From a bacterium (GTDB lineage Bacteria > Krumholzibacteriota > Krumholzibacteriia > G020349025): 64,000 bases of DNA. Location of the stretch: positions 14,333 through 78,332 of the forward strand of contig JANLSU010000132.1 of NCBI GenBank assembly GCA_031362565.1. The letters are read 5' to 3'. Of the stretch, positions 50,321-60,166 are shown piece by piece (position 1 is the first letter of the stretch; the number at the start of each line of letters is the position of its first letter). A program made the position numbers and the translations under genes. Below the pieces are notes generated by a model. It was not told the DNA's origin and made no database searches. It saw nothing but the letters and a program-made list of their open reading frames with translations.

Positions 50321-50746
50321 CTACTCGAAGAGTCGCTTCACCGCCGACCATGTCGCGGCTTCGACTGCCGTCGGAGCCTGGACGTTGATCGTGCCTCCCA
50401 TCGAACTGTGGAACTCACAGTTGTAGAAGAGTGTGTTGGGTGCCGCTTGTGGCACCACGAACGTGAGTGTGCCGCTCTGGATGCCATTGTTCGTGACGCC
50501 GGTACTGAACGTGCTTCCGGTCCCCGTGGTGCGCAGGGTCCGGATGAAAAAGGGGTGGCCGATCGCACTGACGCTAAAGGTGTAGGTCACGCCGCGCGTC
50601 AGAGTGAGGGTCGGATTCTGTGCGCCGCTGATGTTGTAGGCGGTAGAGTTTACGTTACTCACCGTAAAGTCTGCGGCGGCTGTAACGGCGGCATCGAAGA
50701 GCAAGAGCGCTGCGAATATAACGGCTGCGGCAAAGCGGGGGTGCAT
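50321..50746 (-). CDS. Secreted cupredoxin-like protein with TW-x3-K tail
   Basis: Signal peptide. GHPF and YNCEFHSSMGG (H, C, H, M type-1 Cu ligand pattern). Ends TAVEAATWSAVKRLFE. Confidence 0.75.
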   Translation of the reverse strand: MHPRFAAAVIFAALLLFDAAVTAAADFTVSNVNSTAYNISGAQNPTLTLTRGVTYTFSVSAIGHPFFIRTLRTTGTGSTFSTGVTNNGIQSGTLTFVVPQAAPNTLFYNCEFHSSMGGTINVQAPTAVEAATWSAVKRLFE

Positions 50747-50800
50747 CGCGAAACCTCCAAGTCTGGGCGACGGCGAGATCGACCAGAAGATTCTACAACA

Positions 50801-51067
50801 TCAAGCGAACCGGTCGCGCGCCCGTTCCTGGGCCTTGCGCCGCTCCTCGTCGCGATTCCGCGGCGGCGCCGCGGTCGTGAGCGAGTGGATCAGGCGATGC
50901 GCGACCGCCGTGACCTCATCGACAGCGCGATTGAATGCCGCTTCGTTGGCGCGCGACGGACGGGTGGAGCCGCTCAACTTCCGGACGAACTGCAGAGCCG
51001 ACGCGTGAATTTCTTCCTCGGTCGCAGGCGGGGCAAAATTGGCGAGCGTCTTGATGTTTCGACACAT
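50801..51067 (-). CDS. DUF2277 family protein
   Basis: MCRNIKTL..F.PPAT..EI..ALQFVRKLSG. Confidence 0.85.
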   Translation of the reverse strand: MCRNIKTLANFAPPATEEEIHASALQFVRKLSGSTRPSRANEAAFNRAVDEVTAVAHRLIHSLTTAAPPRNRDEERRKAQERARDRFA

Positions 51068-51078
51068 GTGAATCCTCT

Positions 51079-51774
51079 TCACTTGAAAACGAGGTGAGCC
51101 ACTTTGGTTTCGAGGTTCGAGTAGATCATCGCCAGCGCGGTCAGGTCGAACGCCGCGTGTGCGACCATCAGCATCCAGATCCGGCCCGTGACCGCCATGA
51201 TGGTCCCGAAGACCAGCCCGACGATCGTCGCCTGCTCGGTCCCCGCGAGTCCTTGGTTGGAATAGTGCGAAAGCCCGAACCAGACGGCCGTCACGACCAC
51301 AGTCAACGTCTTCCCAAGAGCACCGTGCCCGAAAAGTTTACCAAATCTTTCGAAGAGGTAGCCCCGGAATACGGTCTCTTCTCCAAAACCCGCGCCCACG
51401 ACTATCATGTACACGGCTCCCGGGAGCGCGGCCCGGTTTCCCGCCAAGTAATGGTACGTTTGATTGACCGGCTCGGCACCCAAGAGCGGCATCACGATCG
51501 CCTTCATCGAGAATTTGAATGCGATGCCGAATACGATGCCGCCGGCGACGGTAAGGAGCCAACTGCGGGGCCGCACGTAGCCGATCTCACGCCACGGCGT
51601 GCGTGACAACCGGACCCACAAGAGCACCAGAAAGGCGCCAATAGGCCCGATCGGATAGTTGCCGATGAGAAGAATGACGAGAATCGCGACGATGCCGAGC
51701 GGTCCGAATCCGCGCAGACTCGCCGCGAAATCATCTTCCGGGTCGGTGCCGGCATTCTCGGCGTCGCGATTCAT
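51079..51774 (-). CDS. CPBP family (CAAX/Abi) intramembrane protease
   Basis: EETVFRG, FGLSH, AHAAFD. Confidence 0.88.
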   Translation of the reverse strand: MNRDAENAGTDPEDDFAASLRGFGPLGIVAILVILLIGNYPIGPIGAFLVLLWVRLSRTPWREIGYVRPRSWLLTVAGGIVFGIAFKFSMKAIVMPLLGAEPVNQTYHYLAGNRAALPGAVYMIVVGAGFGEETVFRGYLFERFGKLFGHGALGKTLTVVVTAVWFGLSHYSNQGLAGTEQATIVGLVFGTIMAVTGRIWMLMVAHAAFDLTALAMIYSNLETKVAHLVFK

Positions 51775-51782
51775 GCCAGGAC

Positions 51783-52808
51783 CTACTTGATTCCGACCAC
51801 CATCGAGTCCGGCCCGACAAGCGGCTCGACCCGGGTCGTGGAGAATCCTGCTTCCTTCATCCAAGCGGCACAGTCGGCACCGGTGTAGTCGAAGCCGCCC
51901 GGTGTTTCGATCAGCATGTTGAGGCTCATCAGGAGTCCAAAGGCGTTCTTCGACCGATCGTCGTCGATGATGGCCTCGTAGACGATCAACGCACCGCCGG
52001 CTGGTATGGCGTCGAATGCCTTTTGAATCAGCGCTTTTTTCGTCGGCAGATCCCAGTCATGCAAGATGTGTCCCATCAGCACGACGTCGACCTTCGGGAA
52101 GTCTTGCTTGAAGAAATCACCCGGCGCAAAGCGGAGCCGGTCTGCGACGCCAACCTTTGCAACGTACTCCTCGAACACCGGCGCCACTTCAGGCAAGTCG
52201 AAGCCGAAGCCGTGCAGATGCGGATTGGCTAGCGAGATCTGGGCCGCGAGATCTCCCTGCGCCGTGCCGACGTCTGCGAAAGTCCGGTAGTCCTTCCAGG
52301 GGAAGGTTCGGGCGATTTTCAGGTTGGCGCCATGGCTGATGCCGGTCATCGCGGCCAAAAATTCCTTCAGACGCGCCGGGTCGGCGTAAAGAGTTTCAAA
52401 GAGGCCTGGCCCGCCGCCCTTGACCTCATTCTGCGGCGCGCCGGTACGAAGCGCTTCGGTGAGATGGCCCCAGAATGGATACAGGCGATGGTTTGCCATC
52501 TCGAGTATTCCGCCCACATACGATGGTTTTTGCCGGTCGAGGAAGAGATCGGCCTCAGGGGTGTTCGAATAGCGATCGCCACTGCGTTTCAGGAAGCCGA
52601 GCGCGACTAAGGCGTCGAGAAAATCGCGCCCCGAGCGCGGGTGCAGGCCGAGGCGCGCCGTGAGGGAGTCGTAGGATTCCGGGCCGCGCGATAGCTCGGT
52701 GAACAGACCCATCTCGATCGCACTCAGGAGTGTCTTCGAGCCCCAGAAGGCCAGGCCCGCCTGCAGAATCTTGTCGGGATGCAGCTGCTCTTGCACTCGT
52801 TTCCCCAC
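51783..52808 (-). CDS. O-methyltransferase (dimerisation plus SAM domain)
   Basis: DVGTAQG, FDLP, GDFF, ILHDW. Confidence 0.9.
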   Translation of the reverse strand: MGKRVQEQLHPDKILQAGLAFWGSKTLLSAIEMGLFTELSRGPESYDSLTARLGLHPRSGRDFLDALVALGFLKRSGDRYSNTPEADLFLDRQKPSYVGGILEMANHRLYPFWGHLTEALRTGAPQNEVKGGGPGLFETLYADPARLKEFLAAMTGISHGANLKIARTFPWKDYRTFADVGTAQGDLAAQISLANPHLHGFGFDLPEVAPVFEEYVAKVGVADRLRFAPGDFFKQDFPKVDVVLMGHILHDWDLPTKKALIQKAFDAIPAGGALIVYEAIIDDDRSKNAFGLLMSLNMLIETPGGFDYTGADCAAWMKEAGFSTTRVEPLVGPDSMVVGIK

Positions 52809-52832
52809 CCTTCCTCGATCAGCGAACGGACC

Positions 52833-53036
52833 TCACGCCGGGGACGACTGGCGGCCGCGTACGCCGGCCAAATAGGCGATGAACAGTACCACGATTTCGG
52901 CGACGGGTCCCTCCAGCGTGACCCCGAATGTCGAGTCCAGCGCCGCCTGTGGCGCGATTGCCGCATAGAGCATCGTGCACGTCAACGCGCCCGACAGAAG
53001 CACAATCCACTTGATCCTCACGACAACCCAATTCAT
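52833..53036 (-). pseudogene. Short membrane protein, probably internally deleted
   Basis: 67 aa, KWIVLLSGALTCTM...GPVAEIVV joined directly to LFIAYL. Resembles a longer 4-TM family (recalled). Confidence 0.45.
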
Positions 53037-53337
53037 GGCGCTCCCTTGTTCTACGATCCCGCGCTACACACGGAATTCAGAGACTGTTGAAAACGGCATC
53101 GATGACAATCGCGCTACCGATGACGACAACTGCTCCCAGGGCACCAACTGCGACGGCTGTGGTTGCCCACGGGTCGCGAGCAATAATTGCGCTGAGGCTA
53201 TCCGCCGGTATCGACACCGAAGAGGCGTCCCATTCCGGCGGTGATTCGGCGGCCGACTCATGTCGCCGAGGATGGCGAGGAGGCGCGTCGCATGCCGTTT
53301 CCTTGCGATTGCCATCGTCGACTCGAGGCTCTGTTTC

Positions 53338-53739
53338 TTACTGAGCGAGTACGAAATCCGGGCCCGAGACCCTGGTCACGTGGCACCGGCAGGGCTGATC
53401 GACACCGACCACGAGGGTCACATCCACGGTTCGCGTTCCAGCCGTGGCCCGCACCCGCACGGCGTCACCGGCGGACAAAAGTTTGGACTTGTTCGAATCG
53501 TCGACGACATTGACCACGCCGGCGTGATTGCCGGACTGAGTCACGGCGAGAGTTTCTGTGGTTCGCAGCAATTCGACCACCACGTCCGTCACGGGTACCG
53601 GTGCCCTCGTAGAGGAGATCACCAAGAACTGCACCGAGCGAAAGTCCTCGGTACAGAGGCATTGTTCCGGGGCGTCCGGACCACAACCCAATACGAGCAT
53701 CGCGACAGTGAGAATTGCAAGGCGTACACGGCTGAACAT
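53338..53739 (-). CDS. Hypothetical lipoprotein
   Basis: Lipobox LVLGC. Cys pairs CLCTEDFR and CRCH. Confidence 0.7.
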   Translation of the reverse strand: MFSRVRLAILTVAMLVLGCGPDAPEQCLCTEDFRSVQFLVISSTRAPVPVTDVVVELLRTTETLAVTQSGNHAGVVNVVDDSNKSKLLSAGDAVRVRATAGTRTVDVTLVVGVDQPCRCHVTRVSGPDFVLAQ

Positions 53740-53785
53740 CGCTCGCACGCTCCCTGGCAGGCTGAACGGACAGCGGTCGATTCTA

Positions 53786-54247
53786 TCACACCCGCCGATC
53801 GTCGCCAAAGCGACCTTGCACGAGCGCCGTGACGAGACCCACCCCAAGGAGAACGGCGAGCCAACACAGCGCCTCGAGCAAAGCCAGCGGCAACGGCTCG
53901 CGCATGACGTTCCAGGGCAGATAGAACTCGAACCACGGCGTCATCAATGCCCACGCGATGACTCCAAAGCTCAGTCCCTTACGCCAGCCGCGGCCCGGAA
54001 GCCTGGGACCGACCCAGGCGTAAATCACCGCGTAGATCATGCCGATGCAGAGAAGACCGAGAGGCAATGCTGCAGGCTGGTCCGCGACCCGGGGTAGCGG
54101 CGGCTCGGTGAATGCGGCGAGAAACTTGGCGCTCTGCCGCCGGGGGTCCGTAAGGATGCTTTGACACGGGCCGAAAAAAACGACGAGACCTGCCCACCAC
54201 GCTGCAGCCGCGGCCAAGCCGCTCATGACAATACGAAGTGGTTTCAT
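53786..54247 (-). CDS. Hypothetical membrane protein
   Basis: Four hydrophobic segments. ATG overlaps the upstream stop. Confidence 0.7.
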   Translation of the reverse strand: MKPLRIVMSGLAAAAAWWAGLVVFFGPCQSILTDPRRQSAKFLAAFTEPPLPRVADQPAALPLGLLCIGMIYAVIYAWVGPRLPGRGWRKGLSFGVIAWALMTPWFEFYLPWNVMREPLPLALLEALCWLAVLLGVGLVTALVQGRFGDDRRV

Positions 54248-55145
54248 TTCTTGCGCGCCCCCTTGGTTCTCATCCATTCGCGCCATCCGGTTCGCGTCGC
54301 GTCAACGAACCCAGTAACGGCAGGGCCATCATACAGCCTGATCACTTTGCCGCGTTTCGACAAAAAACCGGGGCCCGCCGCGACGAGAACGATCATCCCC
54401 CAGACCGTAATGACCGCTCCAGCGGCGCTGACCACAAACGGCGACGACAGATCCGACGTGAACACTTACGTCCACCGCGGCATGAAAGAGCGCCACCACG
54501 AGAATGCTGCCGCGGCTTCCGTTGTAGAGCCACGTGAGCATGACAGCACCTGTCACCAGACTGAAGAACCAACCAGCGATACCTGCCCCATTCATTTGCG
54601 TGTAGCCGGGCCGATACAAGAAGAGTGGCGCGTGCCAGAGCGCCCATCCACATGTCAGCAGCAGCGATGACACCAAAGCGGAGTGCCTGGCTTGCAGTCG
54701 AGGCAGGGCGAACCCTCTCCAGCCAACCTCTTCGCCATAACCAAACGAAACGATGTTGTAGGCAAAGAATCCGAGGGCCGAAAACCGCGGGAACTCACCT
54801 GATCTTCCGAAGTGCGACCACGAGAGGCTCTCCCCACCGAGCAGCGATGCCCCAACGAGGGCAAGCGCGAGGAGAACAAACGGCGCAATGAGTCCGACAG
54901 CCACCCAACCGAGGCGTCGGCGCCACTGGACCATGCGCCGCAGAAGATCAGATGGCCCCGCCCGGCCGCACTCCGACGCGGACACGAGGAAGGCGGCTGT
55001 GATCGGGCCCAACGCTCCGAGTGCGTGCTGGAAATGCAGCGTCGGCACGCCGTTGACGCCGAACGAGCCAAATCGGCGCCCAGAGCAGCCATGAGATGCC
55101 GCATGCGAGTGCAAAGAAGGCCGCCAATGGGTGACGGCGCATCAT
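54244..55145 (-). pseudogene. CPBP (CAAX/Abi) protease with two frameshifts
   Basis: Three frames join up: MMRRHPLAAFF...WAPIWL / FGVNG...EEVGWRG...WALWH...HAAVDV / VFTSDLSS. Breaks near 55065 and 54466. Confidence 0.8.
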
Positions 55146-55537
55146 GCCGGGATTTCCGGGAGGTACGTGCCGAAAGTCCAGGAGTGCCCCTCTAGGTCAC
55201 GCACGTGATACTCGCGTGAACCAAAGTCGGTGTTCTTAGGCGGGGTCGCGATCTCGGCACCCGCCGATCGCGCCCGTTCGAAATGCGCGTCGAGGTCGTC
55301 GACGTAGACGTAGAGTGCTTGCGTCGCGGTTAGGGCCGCTTGCGGGCTCGCGATGCCCTCGCCGGGCCGGACGGATCCGAGCATGATGACGTTCGTACCG
55401 AGCTTCAACTGCGCATGCCGAACCATCGACCCTGACTCCGGCACCGAGAACAACTCAACGAACCCGAAAGTCGCGCAGAGCGAGCGTATCGCGCCGCGCG
55501 CGTCATTGTATCGGAGAATGGGGAAGATCGTCTGCAT
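55142..55537 (-). CDS. VOC/glyoxalase family protein
   Basis: PILRY, HAQL, DFGSREY..RDLEGH.WTFGTY. Confidence 0.88.
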   Translation of the reverse strand: MQTIFPILRYNDARGAIRSLCATFGFVELFSVPESGSMVRHAQLKLGTNVIMLGSVRPGEGIASPQAALTATQALYVYVDDLDAHFERARSAGAEIATPPKNTDFGSREYHVRDLEGHSWTFGTYLPEIPA

Positions 55538-55579
55538 GACTCTCCTTGCGTACGCACGCGTGTCCAAGCCTGGAGTAGG

Positions 55580-55815
55580 CCCACACCGTAGCCGCCGCGC
55601 CGGCACGCGCGTCGCCCGGAGACTCGAGCGCCGTTCCTGCGCCGTCGATTCTGGGCGCCCTGCGCCGCTCAGGTACCGCCAGAAGAACCACAGATAGACG
55701 GCGGTAGCGTCTCGGCCGCCGGAGTCGCGACGGCCTCGGCAACGGGCAGTACCGCGAACCCCGCGGCTCCGGCAAGCGCAAACAACAAAACCAGGCGAAG
55801 AGGAGATTTTGGCAT
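55580..55815 (-). pseudogene. Fragment of a CPBP-like gene similar to the 18.7-19.1 kb remnant
   Basis: VYLWFFWRYLSGAGRPESTAQERRSSLRA parallels LYLWL-WRYVRGAGWPRSAAEARRANCRA. Confidence 0.55.
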
Positions 55816-55823
55816 TGCGTGCC

Positions 55824-56564
55824 TCACGCTCGATTCTCCCAACGATTCGTTCTGCGGCTCGCGACGAGAAGCCAACAGCCGAAGCCAATCATCCACGCCG
55901 GCAGAAGGTAGTTGTTGGCAGCCGCCACCGCGTTCACGGCCGGCGTAACGTTGCGCCACATGCCGATCAGACCCAACACGCCGGTGGCAATTCCCCACCA
56001 TCCAAGCCAACGCGGCGCCCGCCGATGCCGCAAGAGGCCGACCCCGGAGAGCACGAAGAATACGCTGAAGCTGAGCTCGCCGAGAAACTCGCCGACGAAG
56101 TTGCCGAGATAGCGGTTCAAGCCATCGAACGTCGCCGCCAAGACCATGCGCTCGCCTTCGCCAGCCGCAGTCCACACGCGTGCGAGTTCCCAGTGCACAC
56201 TCGGCCAACGCATGAGCCCCAGCACCATGCTCACCGCGGCGACCAAGGCGAATAGCACCCCGACACGCATCGGACCTGCGGCACGCTCCCGCAGAGCCTC
56301 GAACGCGCCGATACCCGCGGGAAGAAAGACCAGTGGGAGAACGGCGTAGAGGGCCCACGCGGCTCGACCGGCCGCGCCGGTCGCCAGAAGGGCCGGGAGA
56401 ACCTCGCTGGCGCTGCCGTCGAGGACTTCAGGATAGTTGAAACGGGCAGCGAGGTAAAAAAACACCCCGAGAAACGCCACCGCGCCCGCCACTAGAGCGA
56501 TGCCACCCGCGAGAATCGTTCCGCTTGCTTCGCTACGGGTCCTAGCAGCTTCCTGCGCAGACAA
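55824..56564 (-). CDS. DUF4386-like membrane protein
   Basis: FNYPEVL, GLMRWP, NRYLGNFVGEFLGE, multiple TM segments. Confidence 0.75.
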   Translation of the reverse strand: MSAQEAARTRSEASGTILAGGIALVAGAVAFLGVFFYLAARFNYPEVLDGSASEVLPALLATGAAGRAAWALYAVLPLVFLPAGIGAFEALRERAAGPMRVGVLFALVAAVSMVLGLMRWPSVHWELARVWTAAGEGERMVLAATFDGLNRYLGNFVGEFLGELSFSVFFVLSGVGLLRHRRAPRWLGWWGIATGVLGLIGMWRNVTPAVNAVAAANNYLLPAWMIGFGCWLLVASRRTNRWENRA

Positions 56565-56599
56565 CGGCTCCTCCAGTCCTCTCTTGCGGCGCGCTGCTC

Positions 56600-56809
56600 C
56601 TATTTTCCCGCAGCAGCGGGCGCGAAGGCCACGAAATCACGGTCCTTGGTCACGACCACCGCGCCCGCGGCACGTGCCTGAAAAAAGATGTCGCGGTCTC
56701 TGGCTTGGAGCAACCCAAGATCCCTTACCGCGACGGCCTCGACGCCGAACTGCTGTGTCAGCCACTGCGCCATGACTGGCGACAGCTGCGCATCCAGCCA
56801 GACCTTCAC
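56600..56809 (-). pseudogene. DUF5615 PIN-like toxin, C-terminally truncated
   Basis: MKVWLDAQLS...DRDIF...VVTKDRDF, then a stop at 69 aa. Confidence 0.7.
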
Positions 56810-57030
56810 GCCGCTAACGTCGGGTGATCAAGCCGTCGGCTCGCAAACAGTAAGCAAGCCGCAATGTCGGCGAGTTCCAGATCGGGAAGCTCGTCGATGA
56901 CCTGCGTAGAACTCAGGCCGTTTGCGAGCAGGCTTAGAACATCCGCGACGCGAATCCGCATTCCTCGGATGCATGGCCGCCCGCCGCACCGCTCGGGATC
57001 CACTGTGATGCGGGTGCTGATCTCTGACAT
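56806..57030 (-). CDS. DUF433 antitoxin
   Basis: RITVDPERCGGRPCIRGMRIRV...PDLELADI. GGAGG RBS. Confidence 0.92.
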   Translation of the reverse strand: MSEISTRITVDPERCGGRPCIRGMRIRVADVLSLLANGLSSTQVIDELPDLELADIAACLLFASRRLDHPTLAA

Positions 57031-57098
57031 ACGGCCTCCAGGGAACATCTCCCCAAGATCGTAGCACAGATGACTCCGCTGGCCTCGGCCCCCCCGAC

Positions 57099-57172
57099 TC
57101 CTAACGACATAGCGTTCACGCGCGGGTGCTGAACGCAGCCGGCCCACGCTAGCGTGCAATACGGTGTTAGAC
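57099..57172 (-). repeat. attC site
   Basis: Minus strand GTCTAAC ... GTTAGGA, with TTGCACGC/GCGTGAA L-boxes. Confidence 0.85.
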
Positions 57173-57188
57173 CTTTGGGCGCTGACGT

Positions 57189-57539
57189 TCACCCCCGGCG
57201 GGCAACACGCCTACGTGTGGCGCTCTTGCGAGGACTCTTGCCGGCCGTCGCCTGCGCTGCACCGTTAGACTTGGATCGACTGACCAGCGGGAATCGGTCG
57301 GGGTGCTCGATCGACTCGATCGCGAGGTCAACATCGAGATCGGGCCAGTAGAGATGACCCGGTCCAGCGACTTGCACACTGAGCACGGCTGCCACGGACG
57401 CGTCGCGGAACCATGGAAAGCTCGTAAACGGCAGGAAGAACTCGCGGCCGGCCACCAGCACCCACAAACCATGCTCGGAGATGTGGGTAACCTCAGCCCG
57501 GGAAGTGTTCTTGCCACGCGGCTCGGATGTCATCCTCAT
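57189..57539 (-). CDS. DUF2442 family antitoxin-like protein
   Basis: EVTHISEHGLW, FPWF, LYWPDLDVDL, PDRFPL. Confidence 0.88.
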   Translation of the reverse strand: MRMTSEPRGKNTSRAEVTHISEHGLWVLVAGREFFLPFTSFPWFRDASVAAVLSVQVAGPGHLYWPDLDVDLAIESIEHPDRFPLVSRSKSNGAAQATAGKSPRKSATRRRVARRG

Positions 57540-57732
57540 GCTCCCGAATCAGCCGCAGCGCGGCCGACAAATTGCGTTGGCTCAGGCCGAAGTTCTGCGC
57601 CACGACGATCGCCGGCTCCATCTAGAACTTCGCTTCTCCCGTCGCGTGGTGAACGTGGACGTGCATTCTGGGCTCTTCCCGCGAAAAGAAGAAGAACCGA
57701 AAGCCGCCACGTCGAAACACCGTCGGGCTCAT
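57493..57732 (-). pseudogene. DUF4160 toxin-like gene with premature TAG
   Basis: MSPTVFRRGGFRFFFFSREEPRMHVHV...GEAKF*MEP...AWQEHFPG. TAG at 57622-57624 falls where the family has Trp (AKFW). Confidence 0.85.
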
Positions 57733-57771
57733 GCCACAAGGTTGCACTACTGACCGGTGGCTGGGAACGCG

Positions 57772-57829
57772 GTCTAACGTTTGAGTTCAGCCGCCGCCGA
57801 AGGCGGTCGGCTGGAACGAATGGTTAGCT
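57772..57829 (-). repeat. attC site (58 bp, canonical)
   Basis: Minus strand AGCTAAC...TTCCAGCCG/CGGCTGAA...GTTAGAC. The upstream ORF stop lies inside AGCTAAC. Confidence 0.95.
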
Positions 57830-58477
57830 GTGGATTCGGCGCAGCATGGCGATGCCGATCCATGCGAACCACAAAATCTGACTGATGCCAAAAACCATCG
57901 CTAGATCTTTGAGCATTGGAACAACGGTGAGGACGCCAGCCAAGCCGACAACGATGCCCAGGTAGCCAAGGCCCTTCGGAAACGCCGAGGATTGGAATGA
58001 GGCGGCGCTGATCAGGAGCACCCACACGCCCCCGACCAACTCGACTCCTCCTCCAAGCCCGTTCTGAATGGCGTCAATCACCACCCATGTGGATGTCGCT
58101 TGAGCGGCATCTCGGGCATGAATCGCCGCCACTGTCTCCAATCCAACGCTCGCAACCATGCCGCTGGCGATGACGAGCCCTGCCCAAATGAGACCAAATG
58201 GAGTTGCGATCTTCATCAAGTCGTGTGCCCTGTCTCTCAGTCGCTCGTGCAGCGCCACGGCGAGTATCACCAAAGCGATGCCAAAGGCCACGTATATGAA
58301 TATGGTCCACGTGTGGAAAAGCGCCTTCCTCTCCAGTACGAAAGCCAGCTTTTGAGCGGAACCCCAACCCTCGGTATTGCCAGGGTTGAGCAGCGTCGCC
58401 ATGACTCCAAAGCCGACGACATATGCCAAGGCCTCGAACAGTGCCGCAATGCCGCCGGCCTTTTGCAGATTGAACAT
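57824..58477 (-). CDS. DUF4386-like membrane protein (gene cassette)
   Basis: LQKAGGIAAL, GLIWAGLVIASGM, GLGGGVE. Visibly more AT-rich than its flanks. Confidence 0.8.
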   Translation of the reverse strand: MFNLQKAGGIAALFEALAYVVGFGVMATLLNPGNTEGWGSAQKLAFVLERKALFHTWTIFIYVAFGIALVILAVALHERLRDRAHDLMKIATPFGLIWAGLVIASGMVASVGLETVAAIHARDAAQATSTWVVIDAIQNGLGGGVELVGGVWVLLISAASFQSSAFPKGLGYLGIVVGLAGVLTVVPMLKDLAMVFGISQILWFAWIGIAMLRRIHS

Positions 58478-58547
58478 TTAGTCCTCGCTCCCCATATTGC
58501 AAAAAAAGCTTTGGTCTATGAAAACTGGCTTGTCTTGCCACAGCTAA

Positions 58548-60084
58548 CCTTGATGTGACAGAACGCTGAAGCAGAAAAGGCGACGCCTCGTGCTGAGGTG
58601 CCGCCTTTTCGCTTGAAAACGGGCCTTTCGGCGTGCTTTCTGGGAGGTGACAAAACCGAACCCACGCAAACCGAAAGGCCACTCCCAGTGAGACAAAGAA
58701 AAGCCACTCTGCGTGCCCGTGTCAACGGCAATCTCTCGCTCCGCTTCACGGCCAACGGCCTGAGCTCGTACAGCGGCCTTGAGCTTTTCCAGCGCTTCCT
58801 GCGCGGCATCGACTTCTCGGCGCGGCTGCGACGGCATCTCGGGGAGTGCATGCCGGCCGGTGACTTTTCGTCGGTCGCGCTCGTACGGTTGCTGATCGCT
58901 CTCGTTGTCATCGGCGGACGGCGCCTTCGCCACTTGCAATATCTGGCCGGCGATCCGATCGTGTTGCGCTTCGCCGAACTCGCGGTACTGCCGACCGAAC
59001 GCAAGGACTGTCGGTCGCTGGCTCACACGTTGCTCCGCCTCGGTGCGATACGCACTCGTCGGCTTGACGGCCGAGATCGTGGCGGACGCCGTTCGGCCGC
59101 TTCACCTCAAGCGTCTGACGGTCGATATCGATGGCACCGTGTGCTCGACGGGACTCAAGGTGCAGGGAGCACGGCGCGGCTACAATCCGCATCGTCGCAA
59201 GGTACCGAGCTTCTATCCCATCACGGCGTTTCTCGCGCAGACGGGACACATCCTGCGGGTCAAGAATCGATCGGGCAACGTCCACGATGGCAAGGCGTCG
59301 ATGGATTTCTTCCGGCTCGTCGTCGGGCAGATTCGTGCGACGCTGGGCAACGTCCCCCTCGAGTTTCGCTTGGATGGAGCCTTCTTTCGCAGGGATATTC
59401 TCACCTGGCTCGAATCGCGGGCCGAGTACGCCATCAAGGTCCCCTTTTGGCACTGGGTGGGACTGAAGGCGCTCGTTGAACAACGTCGTCGATGGACCTG
59501 GGTCGGACCGGATCTTCAAGCCTTCGGCGCCAAGGTCTGGCTCCAGCCCTGGAAGCGACACGAACGTGTCGTCATCTATCGCAAGAAGGTACGGCACAAG
59601 AGCCCCAAGAACTATCAACTCGATCTCTTCGACCCCAGCAACGGTCACTGGGAGTACTCGGCGATCGCGACCAACAAGACGATCGACATGCGCGCCCTCT
59701 GGCTCTTCATGGCGGGGCGCGGTGCGCATGAGAAGGCGCTCGCCGAACTCAAGACCGGCCTCGCCTTCGATTCGATTCCGTCCATGAACTACGCCGCCAA
59801 CAGCGCTTGGCAGATCCTCGTCGTCCTCGCTCACAACCTCATCACGAACTTCCAGATCGCGACCCGTGCGACGAGAAGACGGCGGACGCCCAAGGCAACT
59901 GCGATCTTCGACCTGAAAAGCATCCGCACCCTACGCTACGAACTCTTCAACAGGGCCGGCATCCTGCAACGCCCGAATGGGCGCGCGACCCTCACGCTCT
60001 CCAAAAACCTTCCAACACGAAGGCTTTTCGAAACCATCGCTGACAAACTCGCCGCCGCGGCGTAGTATTTGTGACACATCAAGG
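58548..60084 (+). mobile_element. IS1380-family insertion sequence (1537 bp)
   Basis: Terminal inverted repeats CCTTGATGTG/CACATCAAGG. 4-bp direct repeat CTAA at 58544-58547 and 60085-60088. Confidence 0.9.
58688..60065 (+). pseudogene. IS1380-family DDE transposase with +1 frameshift near 59000
   Basis: Frame 1 VRQRK...VLPTER. Frame 2 TVGRWL...VDIDGT...GYNP...RLDGAF...RGAHEKALAELK. Confidence 0.85.
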
Positions 60085-60166
60085 CTAACGTTCGCCTTCA
60101 CCCGCCGCCGACGAGCGAAGCGAGGAGGGAACCCAACAGCGCCAGCTGTTGGGCGGTCGGGTGCAA
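60083..60166 (-). repeat. attC site disrupted by two IS elements
   Basis: CTAAC-GTTCGCC-TTCACCCG...CGGGTGCAA. The inverse core is replaced by the IS1111 end, and the core is split by IS1380. Confidence 0.85.

Noticed and set aside
56812..56818. CGCTAAC as an attC end (likewise 33297 and 63609)
   Set aside because: No partner GTTRRRY with paired L-boxes. The sites lie inside a CDS, upstream of thrA, or within an IS.
57622..57624. In-frame TAG as recoding or pyrrolysine
   Set aside because: Many intact genes here end in TAG, and a single TGG-to-TAG change explains it.
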